DNA of 64,000 bases, taken from Chloroflexota bacterium. GTDB taxonomy: Bacteria; Chloroflexota; Dehalococcoidia; Dehalococcoidales; JBDRCY01. Both the position numbers and the translations under genes were made by a program. Under the pieces are notes generated by a model that worked only from the letters and a program-made list of their open reading frames with translations, did not search any database and had not been told where the DNA came from. Of the stretch, positions 47,887-56,601 are shown in pieces (the first letter of the stretch is position 1; each line of letters starts with the position of its first letter). The stretch is from assembly GCA_043821265.1 (NCBI GenBank), contig JBDRCY010000026.1:2813-66812 (forward strand). Direction: 5' to 3'.

Positions 47887-48879
47887 ATGGACCCGGAAAG
47901 GGAGAAACCAGTCCAGCTGAATGATTTCAAACCGGGGCAGGAGCGCTTCCTCGCCGAGGTCTTAAGCGGCCTGCGTAAACCGCAAAAAGAATTGCCCTCC
48001 AAGTATTTCTACGATGAGCGTGGTTCTCTTTTGTTCGATCGTATCTGCACCCTGGATGAATACTATATCCCGCGCACGGAAGGGGCCATCATGGAGACCT
48101 ATATCGAAGAGATGGTGGAACTAATCGGCCCCGGTATTCTCCTGATTGAATATGGCAGCGGGAGTAGCGATAAGACGCGTATCCTCTTGGAGCACCTTAA
48201 GGGCCTGGCGGCCTACGTGCCGATTGATATCTGCCGGGAGCAGTTACTGCGGGTGAGTCGTGAGCTTACCTCGGCCTATGCTGGGCTTCAGGTGTTGCCG
48301 GTCTGCGCCGACTATACGAGTAGCTTTGAGTTGCCCTCCCCGGAGCGGCCCGGCGAGCGCCAGGTGGTCTATTTCCCCGGCTCTACGATTGGTAACTTTG
48401 ACCCTATCCCCGCCAAGCTTTTCTTGGAGCATGTTGCCGGGGTATGTGGCCCGGGCGGCGGGCTACTTATTGGTGTGGACCTTAAAAAAGACCCCGAGGT
48501 GCTCCACCGTGCTTATAATGATAGCCAGGGCGTCACCGCAGCCTTTAACCTCAATCTACTTGAGCGAATAAACGGTGAACTGGGCTGCGACTTTCAACCC
48601 GAGGGCTTCGAGCATTATGCTTTCTATAATCCGGGCCAGGGTCGGGTTGAGATGCACCTGGTGAGCCGGAGAGACCAGATGGTCCATCTGGATAACGTGA
48701 CCATCCCTTTCGCTAAGGGGGAAAGTATCTGGACGGAGAGTTCATATAAGTATAACATTGACGAATTTGAACAGATGGCTGCGGCGGCAGGATTTAGGGT
48801 GGAGCAGGTCTGGACGGACGCCAAGCAGTGGTTCAGCGTGCAGTACCTGTCGAGCACCGGGGGGCAATTTTATAGTTAG
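47887..48879 (+). CDS. egtD: L-histidine N-alpha-methyltransferase (EgtD/EanA type, makes hercynine)
   Basis: 330 aa. PQKELPSKYFYDERGSLLFDRICTLDEYYIPRTE, YGSGSSDKTR, FPGSTIGNF, RAYNDSQGVTAAFNLN, TESSYKY. Co-linear with M. smegmatis EgtD as remembered. Confidence 0.85.
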   Translation: MDPEREKPVQLNDFKPGQERFLAEVLSGLRKPQKELPSKYFYDERGSLLFDRICTLDEYYIPRTEGAIMETYIEEMVELIGPGILLIEYGSGSSDKTRILLEHLKGLAAYVPIDICREQLLRVSRELTSAYAGLQVLPVCADYTSSFELPSPERPGERQVVYFPGSTIGNFDPIPAKLFLEHVAGVCGPGGGLLIGVDLKKDPEVLHRAYNDSQGVTAAFNLNLLERINGELGCDFQPEGFEHYAFYNPGQGRVEMHLVSRRDQMVHLDNVTIPFAKGESIWTESSYKYNIDEFEQMAAAAGFRVEQVWTDAKQWFSVQYLSSTGGQFYS

Positions 48880-48895
48880 AAAGGATGTGGTTGGC

Positions 48896-49204
48896 TCACC
48901 GGCAGGGAATTAAGCGTACTATGTTCTTCTCTTGAAGCACCTGTGCCAGTGCCGATACCGTTTCGTCGATATCTTTTTCCGTAGTGTAGCGGGACAGCGA
49001 AAAGCGCACTGCGCAGTGGGCCTCCTCCTCGGTCCGCCCCATGGCCATGAGCACATGCGTGGGCTCCGGAGAGCCTGATTTGCAGGCCGACCCCGAAGAG
49101 AGGGAGATGTCGTGCTGGTCCAGCGCTAGCACCAGCGATTCCCCTCGCAGTCCCGGCAGGGTCAAGTTAAGGGTGTTGGGCAGCCGCTTTTGCGGGGTGA
49201 CCAT
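48896..49204 (-). CDS. C-terminal piece of the cysteine desulfurase module (contains the catalytic Cys loop), split from the upstream ORF by a 1-nt frameshift
   Basis: KRLPNTLNLTLPGLRGESLVLALDQHDISLSSGSACKSGSPEPTHVLMAMG is the canonical NifS/IscS C-terminus. Confidence 0.8.
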   Translation of the reverse strand: MVTPQKRLPNTLNLTLPGLRGESLVLALDQHDISLSSGSACKSGSPEPTHVLMAMGRTEEEAHCAVRFSLSRYTTEKDIDETVSALAQVLQEKNIVRLIPCR

Positions 49205-52200
49205 TTAGCCTGGCGTCGGGCACCAGATTCCTGATGCCCGCTTCCAGTTTATCCCGTAGTACTCTTATCTTTTCGGCATCCCGCAGGGTATGTCGGGCCA
49301 GCTCCGCTGCCTTGCCCAGGCCGGCAATGGCGGGGACATTCTCTGTCCCGGCTCGCCGCCCGCCCTCCTGCTGGCCGCCATGGATGAGCGGTTCCAGTTC
49401 TATATCTCTCTTTAGGTAAAGGGCGCCGATACCCTTCGGACTGTGGAATTTGTGGCCGGAAAGACTGAGCATGTCTAGACCTAGCTCCTCCACGTCCACT
49501 CTTATCTTGCCCACGGCCTGAACGGCATCACTGTGGAACAGGACACCTCTTTCGTGGGCTATAGCGGCTAGCTCCTTGACAGGCAGGATAGTGCCCACCT
49601 CGTTATTGGCCATCATAATGGAGACGAGGATGGTATCGGCGGTGATGGTCTGTCTTAGTTTATCGGGCTCAAGCCAGCCGTTATTGTCCACCTCTAGGTA
49701 AGTGATGCGGTAGCCAAGCTTCTCCAGGAAGTGGCCGGTGCTCAGGGTGGCCGGGTGCTCGATGGTGGTGGTAATAATATGCTTGCCCTTTTTCTGCCGG
49801 GTGAAGGCTATACCCTTGAGAGCCAGGTTGCTGGCTTCGGAGCCCCCGCTGGTGAAGATGATTCTCCGGGGCTGGGCGTTAATCAGTTTGGCTACCTGGC
49901 GGCGAGCCGTCTCTATGGCTTCTCTGGCATCTCTGCCCACATCATGGATGCTGGAGGGGTTGCCGCAGGCTGCCTCCAGATGGGGTATCATGACCTCTCG
50001 TACCTTGTCGGCCACCGGGGTGGTGGCGTTGTTATCGAGATAGATTCGTCTCTCGGGCTTCCCGATTGGGGTGGTATGGACAGATGGACTGGCACAGGCC
50101 ATCTGTCGGTTAACGGCAAGGCGGGTCTTGGCGGTGCCCGGCTCGACCTTTGCCACCTCACAGAGCAGGGCTTTATAAACGGGAAAGCCGGAGATAATGT
50201 CGTAGTTATTGATGTCGGTGAGGTCATTGACGTTCCACTCTTGCCACGCCTTGGGGCCCACCGGTGTGCCGCCGCCCATGGTGCATTCGACGGCCCCGTT
50301 TACAATATCGGCGCTAACCCGGGCCCTGAAGGGCACGGCACCACGCGGAGTCCTGACCTCCACCAAATCGCCACTCTTGATTTCCCGTTTCTCGGCATCC
50401 GTAGTGTTTAAGTCAACGGTAGGCTCGGGATAGTCCTTCACCAGCCCTTCGATGCTGTGGTGCTGGGAGCGGAAATCGGTCTGGGGGCGGGCGCCGGAGT
50501 TGAATACCAGCGGGAACTTCTCCGCTACCCTGGGGCTGCCCTGGGGGCTTTCCGATGGTTCGGTGTATTTGGGCAGTGGTTCATAGCCGTATTCTTCCAA
50601 GATGGTGGAATATATCTCAAACTTGCCGGTGGGGGTATCGAAGCCGGGTTGGCCATCACGGCGTAAGCCACCTTTTTGCCATTTCTTGTACTCCAGCATG
50701 GGCGTGGCTATCCTTACCCAGCCGCCCGCTGCTTTCACTTCCTCCAGGGTGTAGCTGGAGCCGTCCAGGGCGAAGCGAATCATCTCCTCTTCGCTAAGTG
50801 GATATAGGTGCCCGTAGCCCAGACGCCGGGCTAGCTCCGTCATGATGAGGTGGTCGTTGCGGGCCTCCCACAGGGGCTCGATGACCTTTTCCCGCAGGCG
50901 GAATATTGGCCCGTAGGTCATATAGGAGTCGTTCTCAAACATGGTGGTGGCCGGCAGTACAATGTCGGCATAGGCGGCGTCGGCGGTGAGTTGTCGGTCG
51001 ATACAGGCTATAAATTCCAGCCCGGCCAGTGTCTGGCGCCAGACTGGTGTCTGCGGCCAGGAGGTAAGCAGTGAGGCGCCGTGTATCAGTAGCGCCCGGA
51101 TGCGATACGGTTCGCCTTTGAGCACTGAGTCCACCAGCCCGCTGGCATGGGACTCGCCGCGATAGTGGCTGTAAAGGGGGAATTTATTGCGGGCTACCGC
51201 CCGGTCTATATCTGGGTTTTCCTGGTTGCCGGAGCGGTTGATGGGGAAATCGCTGCCTAGCATAGACAGGCCGATGCCGCCGGGAACATCGAGCTGGTCG
51301 GCCAGAGCGAACAGGGTAAGCACCGCTCGGATAGCCTGAATGCCGCTGTTGGAATACTCCAGGCCGGTGTACATCAGCAGCGAGGTGCCGGTGGCGTTAG
51401 CGATGCGGTGGGTCAGGTCGCGGATGGTGTCCGCCGGTATCCCGGTGATGGTCTCCGCCACTTCGGGAAGGAAGTGCTGGACATAGGTGGCCAGCTCGCT
51501 AAAACCGTGGCACCAGTTCTCGGCGAAGTCCTCGTCGTAGAGTTCTTCGCTGGCCATTACCCAAATCATGCTCAGGGCGAGGGCGCCGTCGGTGCCGGGC
51601 CGGATGGGGACCCACTGGGCGTTGGTGCGTATGGCCGTTTCGGTGCGGCGGGGGTCGATGACGACAATATCAGCCCCCCTGGCGGCGGCAGCTTCCAGCC
51701 GCTGCATATCCACCGGGGGTGAGTCGGTGGCGGGGTTGGTGCCCCATACCACGACCATCTCGGCGTTCTCTATGTCGGTGAACATGTTAACCTGCATCCG
51801 GCCCATGGTTATGTGTGGGGCAATCATGGCCAGAGATACGTAGCACAGCGCTCCCACTCCCATGGTGTTCGGCGAGCCGAAGGGGAACAGGATATTGGAT
51901 GCCGAGGATACGGTCACCCCTCTGGGCTGGAACATATCGCACAGGGCCAGCTCATTGGCCCCGCGCCCGGTATAGATAGCCACCGCCTCCGGCCCCGGTT
52001 CCTGTTTGATTCTGTTCAGCGCTTCCACAATGGTGTCGTAGGCCGCATCCCAGGTGATGCGTTCAAACTCATAGGAGCCTTTGGGCCCCACTCGCTTCAT
52101 GGGGTATTTGAGCCGGTGCTCGGAGTAGACGATTTCCGCGGCGTGCTGGCCACGCCGGCAGATCTGCCCTATGGGGTGGCTGCTGTCTTGCCTGATGTCC

Positions 52201-52307
52201 ACCAGCCGGCCATTTTCAAGCCCTACCTCCACCCAGCAGCCGGCCGGGCAAATGCCGCAGAGACCCTTCCGCCACGCAAGTTGGCTCTTGGATTTTGACG
52301 TTGCCAT
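49167..52307 (-). CDS. Molybdopterin (bis-MGD) oxidoreductase-family domain fused to a class-V aminotransferase / cysteine desulfurase domain (candidate metallopterin-dependent ergothioneine synthase)
   Basis: 1046 codons. N-terminal Fe-S motif CGICPAGCWVEV...C, then a ~700-aa MopB-like body, then IYLDNNATTP...SGGSEASN...SLSGHKFHSPKG (PLP lysine). The ORF ends prematurely at ...LNGHP. Confidence 0.75.
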   Translation of the reverse strand: MATSKSKSQLAWRKGLCGICPAGCWVEVGLENGRLVDIRQDSSHPIGQICRRGQHAAEIVYSEHRLKYPMKRVGPKGSYEFERITWDAAYDTIVEALNRIKQEPGPEAVAIYTGRGANELALCDMFQPRGVTVSSASNILFPFGSPNTMGVGALCYVSLAMIAPHITMGRMQVNMFTDIENAEMVVVWGTNPATDSPPVDMQRLEAAAARGADIVVIDPRRTETAIRTNAQWVPIRPGTDGALALSMIWVMASEELYDEDFAENWCHGFSELATYVQHFLPEVAETITGIPADTIRDLTHRIANATGTSLLMYTGLEYSNSGIQAIRAVLTLFALADQLDVPGGIGLSMLGSDFPINRSGNQENPDIDRAVARNKFPLYSHYRGESHASGLVDSVLKGEPYRIRALLIHGASLLTSWPQTPVWRQTLAGLEFIACIDRQLTADAAYADIVLPATTMFENDSYMTYGPIFRLREKVIEPLWEARNDHLIMTELARRLGYGHLYPLSEEEMIRFALDGSSYTLEEVKAAGGWVRIATPMLEYKKWQKGGLRRDGQPGFDTPTGKFEIYSTILEEYGYEPLPKYTEPSESPQGSPRVAEKFPLVFNSGARPQTDFRSQHHSIEGLVKDYPEPTVDLNTTDAEKREIKSGDLVEVRTPRGAVPFRARVSADIVNGAVECTMGGGTPVGPKAWQEWNVNDLTDINNYDIISGFPVYKALLCEVAKVEPGTAKTRLAVNRQMACASPSVHTTPIGKPERRIYLDNNATTPVADKVREVMIPHLEAACGNPSSIHDVGRDAREAIETARRQVAKLINAQPRRIIFTSGGSEASNLALKGIAFTRQKKGKHIITTTIEHPATLSTGHFLEKLGYRITYLEVDNNGWLEPDKLRQTITADTILVSIMMANNEVGTILPVKELAAIAHERGVLFHSDAVQAVGKIRVDVEELGLDMLSLSGHKFHSPKGIGALYLKRDIELEPLIHGGQQEGGRRAGTENVPAIAGLGKAAELARHTLRDAEKIRVLRDKLEAGIRNLVPDARLNGHPAKAAAQHP

Positions 52308-52472
52308 TCTTACCTATCCTTTGGCTCTATCATCCATTATCGGGTGGTATTACCGGCCGGTGGCTATGGAATATAGTATTACATAGTAACCGTCAGGCTA
52401 GCAATGTCTCTGTCGGGACGGCTCTTAACCCTCGGTAGTGCTTAGCCGAAACCACAGTCAAGATAAACCCTC

Positions 52473-52502
52473 TTGACAAAGCCGGTTTCAACGTGGTAAA
52501 TA
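52473..52502 (+). promoter_or_regulatory. Sigma-70-like promoter of the third degV gene
   Basis: TTGACA (52473-52478), 18-nt spacer, TAAATA (52497-52502). Confidence 0.45.
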
Positions 52503-52526
52503 TACCTAGACGAACTAGGTATATTT
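52498..52526. promoter_or_regulatory. Perfect 12-5-12 palindrome (candidate repressor operator) overlapping the -10 region and start site of degV
   Basis: AAATATACCTAG-ACGAA-CTAGGTATATTT. The arms are exact reverse complements. Confidence 0.6.
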
Positions 52527-52548
52527 TTATAAGGTAGTAGCTATTGTG

Positions 52549-53403
52549 ATGTCTAAGGTTTGCATTGTAACCGATAGTACCAGTTGCCTGCCGGCGGAGC
52601 TGATCGAGGAATACGGCATACGAGTGGCGCCGGTGGGTTTCGTTATTGATGGCAAGCACTACCGCGACCAGGTAGACATTACCACGGCTGAATTCTGGGA
52701 ATTATTTCCCAATCTGGAGGAACAGCCCAGCACAACTGCCGCCAGTCCCGGTGACTTTGTTAATATCTTCACCGAAATGAGTGAGTCCACCGATAGTATC
52801 GTCTGTATCCTGGTCTCCAAGGTGCTGTCGGCCACCCAGGAATCGGCCTATTTGGCCCGGAGGCTGGTAAAACAGGACCACCCCAACCTCAGAATAGAGA
52901 TTATTGATAGCAAGACAGCGGCCGGGGCGATGGGATTCGTTGTTCTGGAGGCGGCTCGTGCTGCCCATCAGGGTAAGAGCCTGGAAGAGGTTCTTGAAGT
53001 TACTGAGGATATGATTCCCCGGGTAGTCTATTTTGCCGCCCTGGAGACACTGAAGTATCTGGCAAAGATAGGGCGGGCACCCCGGGGTGCCTCCGTCGGC
53101 GAGATGCTCAAGGTAAAGCCTATAATCGGCTTCGTCGATGATACCGGTCTGCTGGATCTGGTCGCCAGGGTGAGAGGGCGGGATAAGGCCCTGGCCAAGC
53201 TGGTCGACCTGATGGAAGACTACATCGAGGATGGCAATCCGGTGCATGTCATGGTGCATTACTCCGAGGATAATAAGGATGTAGAGATGCTAAGGGAGAT
53301 GGTTTCTTCACGTTATAATTGTGTGGAAATGTATGACGGAGAGTTCTCGCCGGTAATGGTCGGTGCTGTCGGTCCCATAGTGGGGCTGTCCTTCTATACA
53401 TAA
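52549..53403 (+). CDS. DegV-family fatty-acid-binding protein (third copy)
   Basis: MSKVCIVTDSTSCLP, IIDSKTAAGAMGFVVLEAA. The ORF track start at 52546 is a GTG one codon upstream. Confidence 0.88.
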   Translation: MSKVCIVTDSTSCLPAELIEEYGIRVAPVGFVIDGKHYRDQVDITTAEFWELFPNLEEQPSTTAASPGDFVNIFTEMSESTDSIVCILVSKVLSATQESAYLARRLVKQDHPNLRIEIIDSKTAAGAMGFVVLEAARAAHQGKSLEEVLEVTEDMIPRVVYFAALETLKYLAKIGRAPRGASVGEMLKVKPIIGFVDDTGLLDLVARVRGRDKALAKLVDLMEDYIEDGNPVHVMVHYSEDNKDVEMLREMVSSRYNCVEMYDGEFSPVMVGAVGPIVGLSFYT

Positions 53404-53449
53404 TAATCTGGCGATTGGCTATAGATAAACTAGACTATGGAGGTTGTTT

Positions 53450-54673
53450 ATGAAAAGGGGACTAATGCGTGTAGGATTACTTATTTTTCTGTCTCTGCTA
53501 TTGTTGCTCACACCCATCGTCTCGGCTTGTGGTGGCGGAGCACCCAAGGGGGCGGAGATACGTATCGGGGTGATGGGTGGGCAGTCAGCTCACGCCGCTT
53601 CCTCGGTAGTTCCTCTGCTTGAAGAGCTGGAGCATATCTTCCGTTACATCAATGAGGTGGAGGGTGGTATCGATGGTGTTAAGGTGGACTGGCGCATTGT
53701 GGATAACAAGGGGACGCCCGATGGTGCCGTAATGGCCTATAAGGAACTGAGGGATACCTTTGACCCGCTGGTTTATCTGTCCGTCGAGGATTACCTCTTG
53801 CTGGGCATTAAAGACATGCTGGCTGAGGATGAGTCGGTCGTATTCACCCTCTCAACAATCAATCCGCAGGGCTTTCTACCACCGGGGCGACTGTTTAGCG
53901 TAGCTATCCCCACTGCCGACGGCCTTGCCGGGTTTGCACGCTGGGTCTTAAGCGACTGGAAGGGCAGCGGCAAGCCCAAAATCGGCGTACTTTATTGGGA
54001 TCTACCGTCCGGCCAGCAGTGGCGGATTGCCGAAGCCTGGATGAGGAATCAGGGGGTGGACTTGGTGCCCACTACCTTCCCTATAACCGCCCTTGACCTA
54101 AAGCCGCAGCTCTTGAGCCTGCGTGATGCCGGGGTGGACTATATCTGGATGCTGGGCCTCGCCCATAATGCGGCGGTAGCCATCAGGGATTTCCGGGGCC
54201 TGGGTCTTGCTGATAAGATAACCTTCTGCTTTAACGAATATACCGAGGCCAATGTAGTGCTGGATATTGTCGGCCCGGCGGCGGAGGGCTTTTACACATA
54301 TCGTTCCGAAAGCCCTTACTCCGATGGGAGCCAGGCGGCCCAGCTCTACAGTGAAATCTGGAAATGGGCTACCGGCGAGGACAAATGGACGGATAACCGC
54401 ATCCTCATCACCTTCAAGGCGGCGCTCGGTGCCGCGGTGGAACAGGCGGTGGCTGATGTCGGCTGGGAGAACCTGGACAGCGTAGCCGTTTATGATGCCT
54501 TAAATAAGCTTACCGAGATTGATACCTGGGGAAATAGCGAGGGCTTTGGCTACGGTCCCACTAAGAGAATCGGCGTTTCCACGGTCAAGCTGGCGCAGTT
54601 CACCAAGGACGGGACGGTGGCTGTGAGCGAGGCGGTAGATTTACCCCGCATCTTTGAGGGCGTAGATAAGTAA
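53450..54673 (+). CDS. ABC transporter substrate-binding lipoprotein (LivJ/Peripla_BP_6 type)
   Basis: ATG at 53450 lies 6 nt after GGAGG. Signal peptide with lipobox IVSAC. About 400-aa type-I periplasmic binding fold. Confidence 0.8.
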   Translation: MKRGLMRVGLLIFLSLLLLLTPIVSACGGGAPKGAEIRIGVMGGQSAHAASSVVPLLEELEHIFRYINEVEGGIDGVKVDWRIVDNKGTPDGAVMAYKELRDTFDPLVYLSVEDYLLLGIKDMLAEDESVVFTLSTINPQGFLPPGRLFSVAIPTADGLAGFARWVLSDWKGSGKPKIGVLYWDLPSGQQWRIAEAWMRNQGVDLVPTTFPITALDLKPQLLSLRDAGVDYIWMLGLAHNAAVAIRDFRGLGLADKITFCFNEYTEANVVLDIVGPAAEGFYTYRSESPYSDGSQAAQLYSEIWKWATGEDKWTDNRILITFKAALGAAVEQAVADVGWENLDSVAVYDALNKLTEIDTWGNSEGFGYGPTKRIGVSTVKLAQFTKDGTVAVSEAVDLPRIFEGVDK

Positions 54674-54692
54674 GGATAAGTAAGATAGAATT

Positions 54693-54718
54693 CGGGGGCT
54701 CCTTATTTGGAGCCCCCG
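54693..54718. terminator. Bidirectional terminator hairpin between the convergent binding-protein gene and livF
   Basis: CGGGGGCTCC-TTATTT-GGAGCCCCCG, followed by CTTGCTTTGTT. Confidence 0.55.
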
Positions 54719-54747
54719 CTTGCTTTGTTGACTGTCAGTGCTAACTG

Positions 54748-55518
54748 TTAACCGGCGGAATGGGCATTAGGATAGTTAAAGAAGGCACCGTACCCGTTCA
54801 GGCCGTAGCCTTCCTTTACTTGCGCATGGTCGCTGAATTGATCCGTCTCCCCGTCGGAGGCTACTCTTCCGTTCTGGAGGACATAGCCATAGTCAGCGAT
54901 GGCCAGGGCGGCTACGGCATTCTGCTCGGCAATCAACAGCGAGGTTTTCTCCTCTTCGTTTATTTGCTTGAGAATATCAAATATGCCTTTTATCAGTGTC
55001 GGGGCCAGTCCCAGGGAGGGTTCGTCAAGCAGCATGATTCTGGGTCGGGCCATGAATGCCCGGCCAATTACCAGCATCTTTTGCTCACCCCCGGAGAGAT
55101 ACCCGCTCTTCTGGTGGCGCCGTAACGCCAGCTGGGGGAAATAACCGTAGACTCGGCTTAAGTCTGGTTTGATATTAGGCCTATCTCGCCGGAGATAGGC
55201 TCCCATAATCAGGTTCTCTTCGGTAGTCAGTTGGGGAAATACCGAGCGCTCTTGCAGCACGTGGCAGATGCCCCGTCGGGCTATCTTTTCGGGGTTCAGC
55301 CCGTCTATACGCCTGCCGTCAAGCTCGATAGTGCCTTCGGTGAGCTCGCCGTCTTCAGTCTTGAGTATTCCCGAAATGCTTTTCAGCGTGGTTGATTTCC
55401 CGCTGCCGTTTGAGCCCAGCAGAACAGCGATTTTGCCGTCCTCTACCTTGAGGGATACCTCGCTAAGGGCCAGCACCACGTCGCTGTACACCGCCTTGAT
55501 TTTATGCAGCTTAAGCAT
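54748..55518 (-). CDS. livF: Branched-chain amino acid ABC transporter ATP-binding protein
   Basis: 256 aa. GSNGSGKST, LSGGEQKML, LLDEPSLGLAP. Confidence 0.85.
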   Translation of the reverse strand: MLKLHKIKAVYSDVVLALSEVSLKVEDGKIAVLLGSNGSGKSTTLKSISGILKTEDGELTEGTIELDGRRIDGLNPEKIARRGICHVLQERSVFPQLTTEENLIMGAYLRRDRPNIKPDLSRVYGYFPQLALRRHQKSGYLSGGEQKMLVIGRAFMARPRIMLLDEPSLGLAPTLIKGIFDILKQINEEEKTSLLIAEQNAVAALAIADYGYVLQNGRVASDGETDQFSDHAQVKEGYGLNGYGAFFNYPNAHSAG

Positions 55519-55542
55519 CGTCCACCCTCTTTACTGCCGGCA

Positions 55543-56598
55543 TCAATACCCGAAAGGCCACCGTTTGTAGTTTATTCTAATCTTGCGCCATAGCGCAATC
55601 AGCCCGTATGGCTGAAAGGATATAAATAGTACAATCACCAGCCCGTAAAGGCCATAGGTCAGGGTCACCGATAGGTTACTGCTGAGGATAGTAGTCCCGC
55701 TGGCCAGGCTGACAGCGTGTAGTATTTGGCTAATCAGCCGTAGAAAGACAACCCCCATGACTGCGCCGGCAGTGCTGCCGGCGCCGCCGATAATAATCAT
55801 GCCCACATACCATATCGAGTCCCAGACGGTGAATTGATCCAGCCTCACCACGCTCACGTAGCTGGCCCATAGCCCGCCGGCCAGCCCGGCGAATAGTGAG
55901 CCGACAAAGAAGGCGCGCAGCTTGGTAAAGCGCACATTAATTCCCAGGCTGGCGGCGGTTATGTCGTTATCCCTTACCGCTCGGAAGGCCCGGCCCAGCC
56001 GGGACCGGGCAATATTAGCCGAGGCCATGATGCAAATGGTGCTTAGCCCCAGGAGCAGGTAGAACCATTTGCTATCGGTAGTAATCTTTAAGCTGCCAAT
56101 GGTAGGGTAGGGTATGCCCATTAGTCCGTGGATACCACCGGTAACCTCCAGGTTGCGTATAATATACTGGGCAATAAAGAAGAAGGCGAGGGTCACTATG
56201 GCTACGTAAAATCCCCGCAGCCGTGCCGACGGAATGGCGACTAGGAACCCGATTACTCCCGTGATAAGGGTAGCCGCGGCCAGTGCCGCCCAGAAAGGCC
56301 AGTCGGCCTTAATGGCGAGGGTGGCCAGAGTGTAGCCGCCTACCATGATGAAGGCGGAATGCCCCAGGCTGATTTGCCCGGCCATCCCGGTAATAACATT
56401 CAGTCCCAGAACGCCGATGATAGTAATGAAGGTGATATTCATGAAGGTAACCCAGTTCATGTTATGCGATAGTCTCAGCAGTGTTGGCAGAGCGGCCAGC
56501 AGTACCAGGAAGATGGCTACCGCGCTCCATTGTTGTTTGGAGCCGACAAGGGCCATGTCCTGGCTATAGTTGATTCTGGCTCTACCCCTTTTTTTCAC
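55543..56598 (-). CDS. livM: Branched-chain amino acid ABC transporter permease
   Basis: 351-aa polytopic permease. GQISLGHSAF is typical of LivM. Confidence 0.85.
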   Translation of the reverse strand: MKKRGRARINYSQDMALVGSKQQWSAVAIFLVLLAALPTLLRLSHNMNWVTFMNITFITIIGVLGLNVITGMAGQISLGHSAFIMVGGYTLATLAIKADWPFWAALAAATLITGVIGFLVAIPSARLRGFYVAIVTLAFFFIAQYIIRNLEVTGGIHGLMGIPYPTIGSLKITTDSKWFYLLLGLSTICIMASANIARSRLGRAFRAVRDNDITAASLGINVRFTKLRAFFVGSLFAGLAGGLWASYVSVVRLDQFTVWDSIWYVGMIIIGGAGSTAGAVMGVVFLRLISQILHAVSLASGTTILSSNLSVTLTYGLYGLVIVLFISFQPYGLIALWRKIRINYKRWPFGY

Positions 56599-56601
56599 CG
56601 G

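Noticed and set aside
49186-49204. Programmed +1 ribosomal frameshift or selenocysteine recoding in the MopB::desulfurase gene
   Set aside because: No in-frame TGA is involved and no known +1 shift context is evident. A one-base homopolymer indel is the simpler explanation. It is kept as a finding to be checked, not as a recoding claim.
53416-53446. Possible fourth copy of the CTAGGTAT palindrome upstream of the ABC binding-protein gene (CTATAGATAAACTAGACTATGG)
   Set aside because: It matches only about half of each arm and needs an indel. That is not distinguishable from chance.
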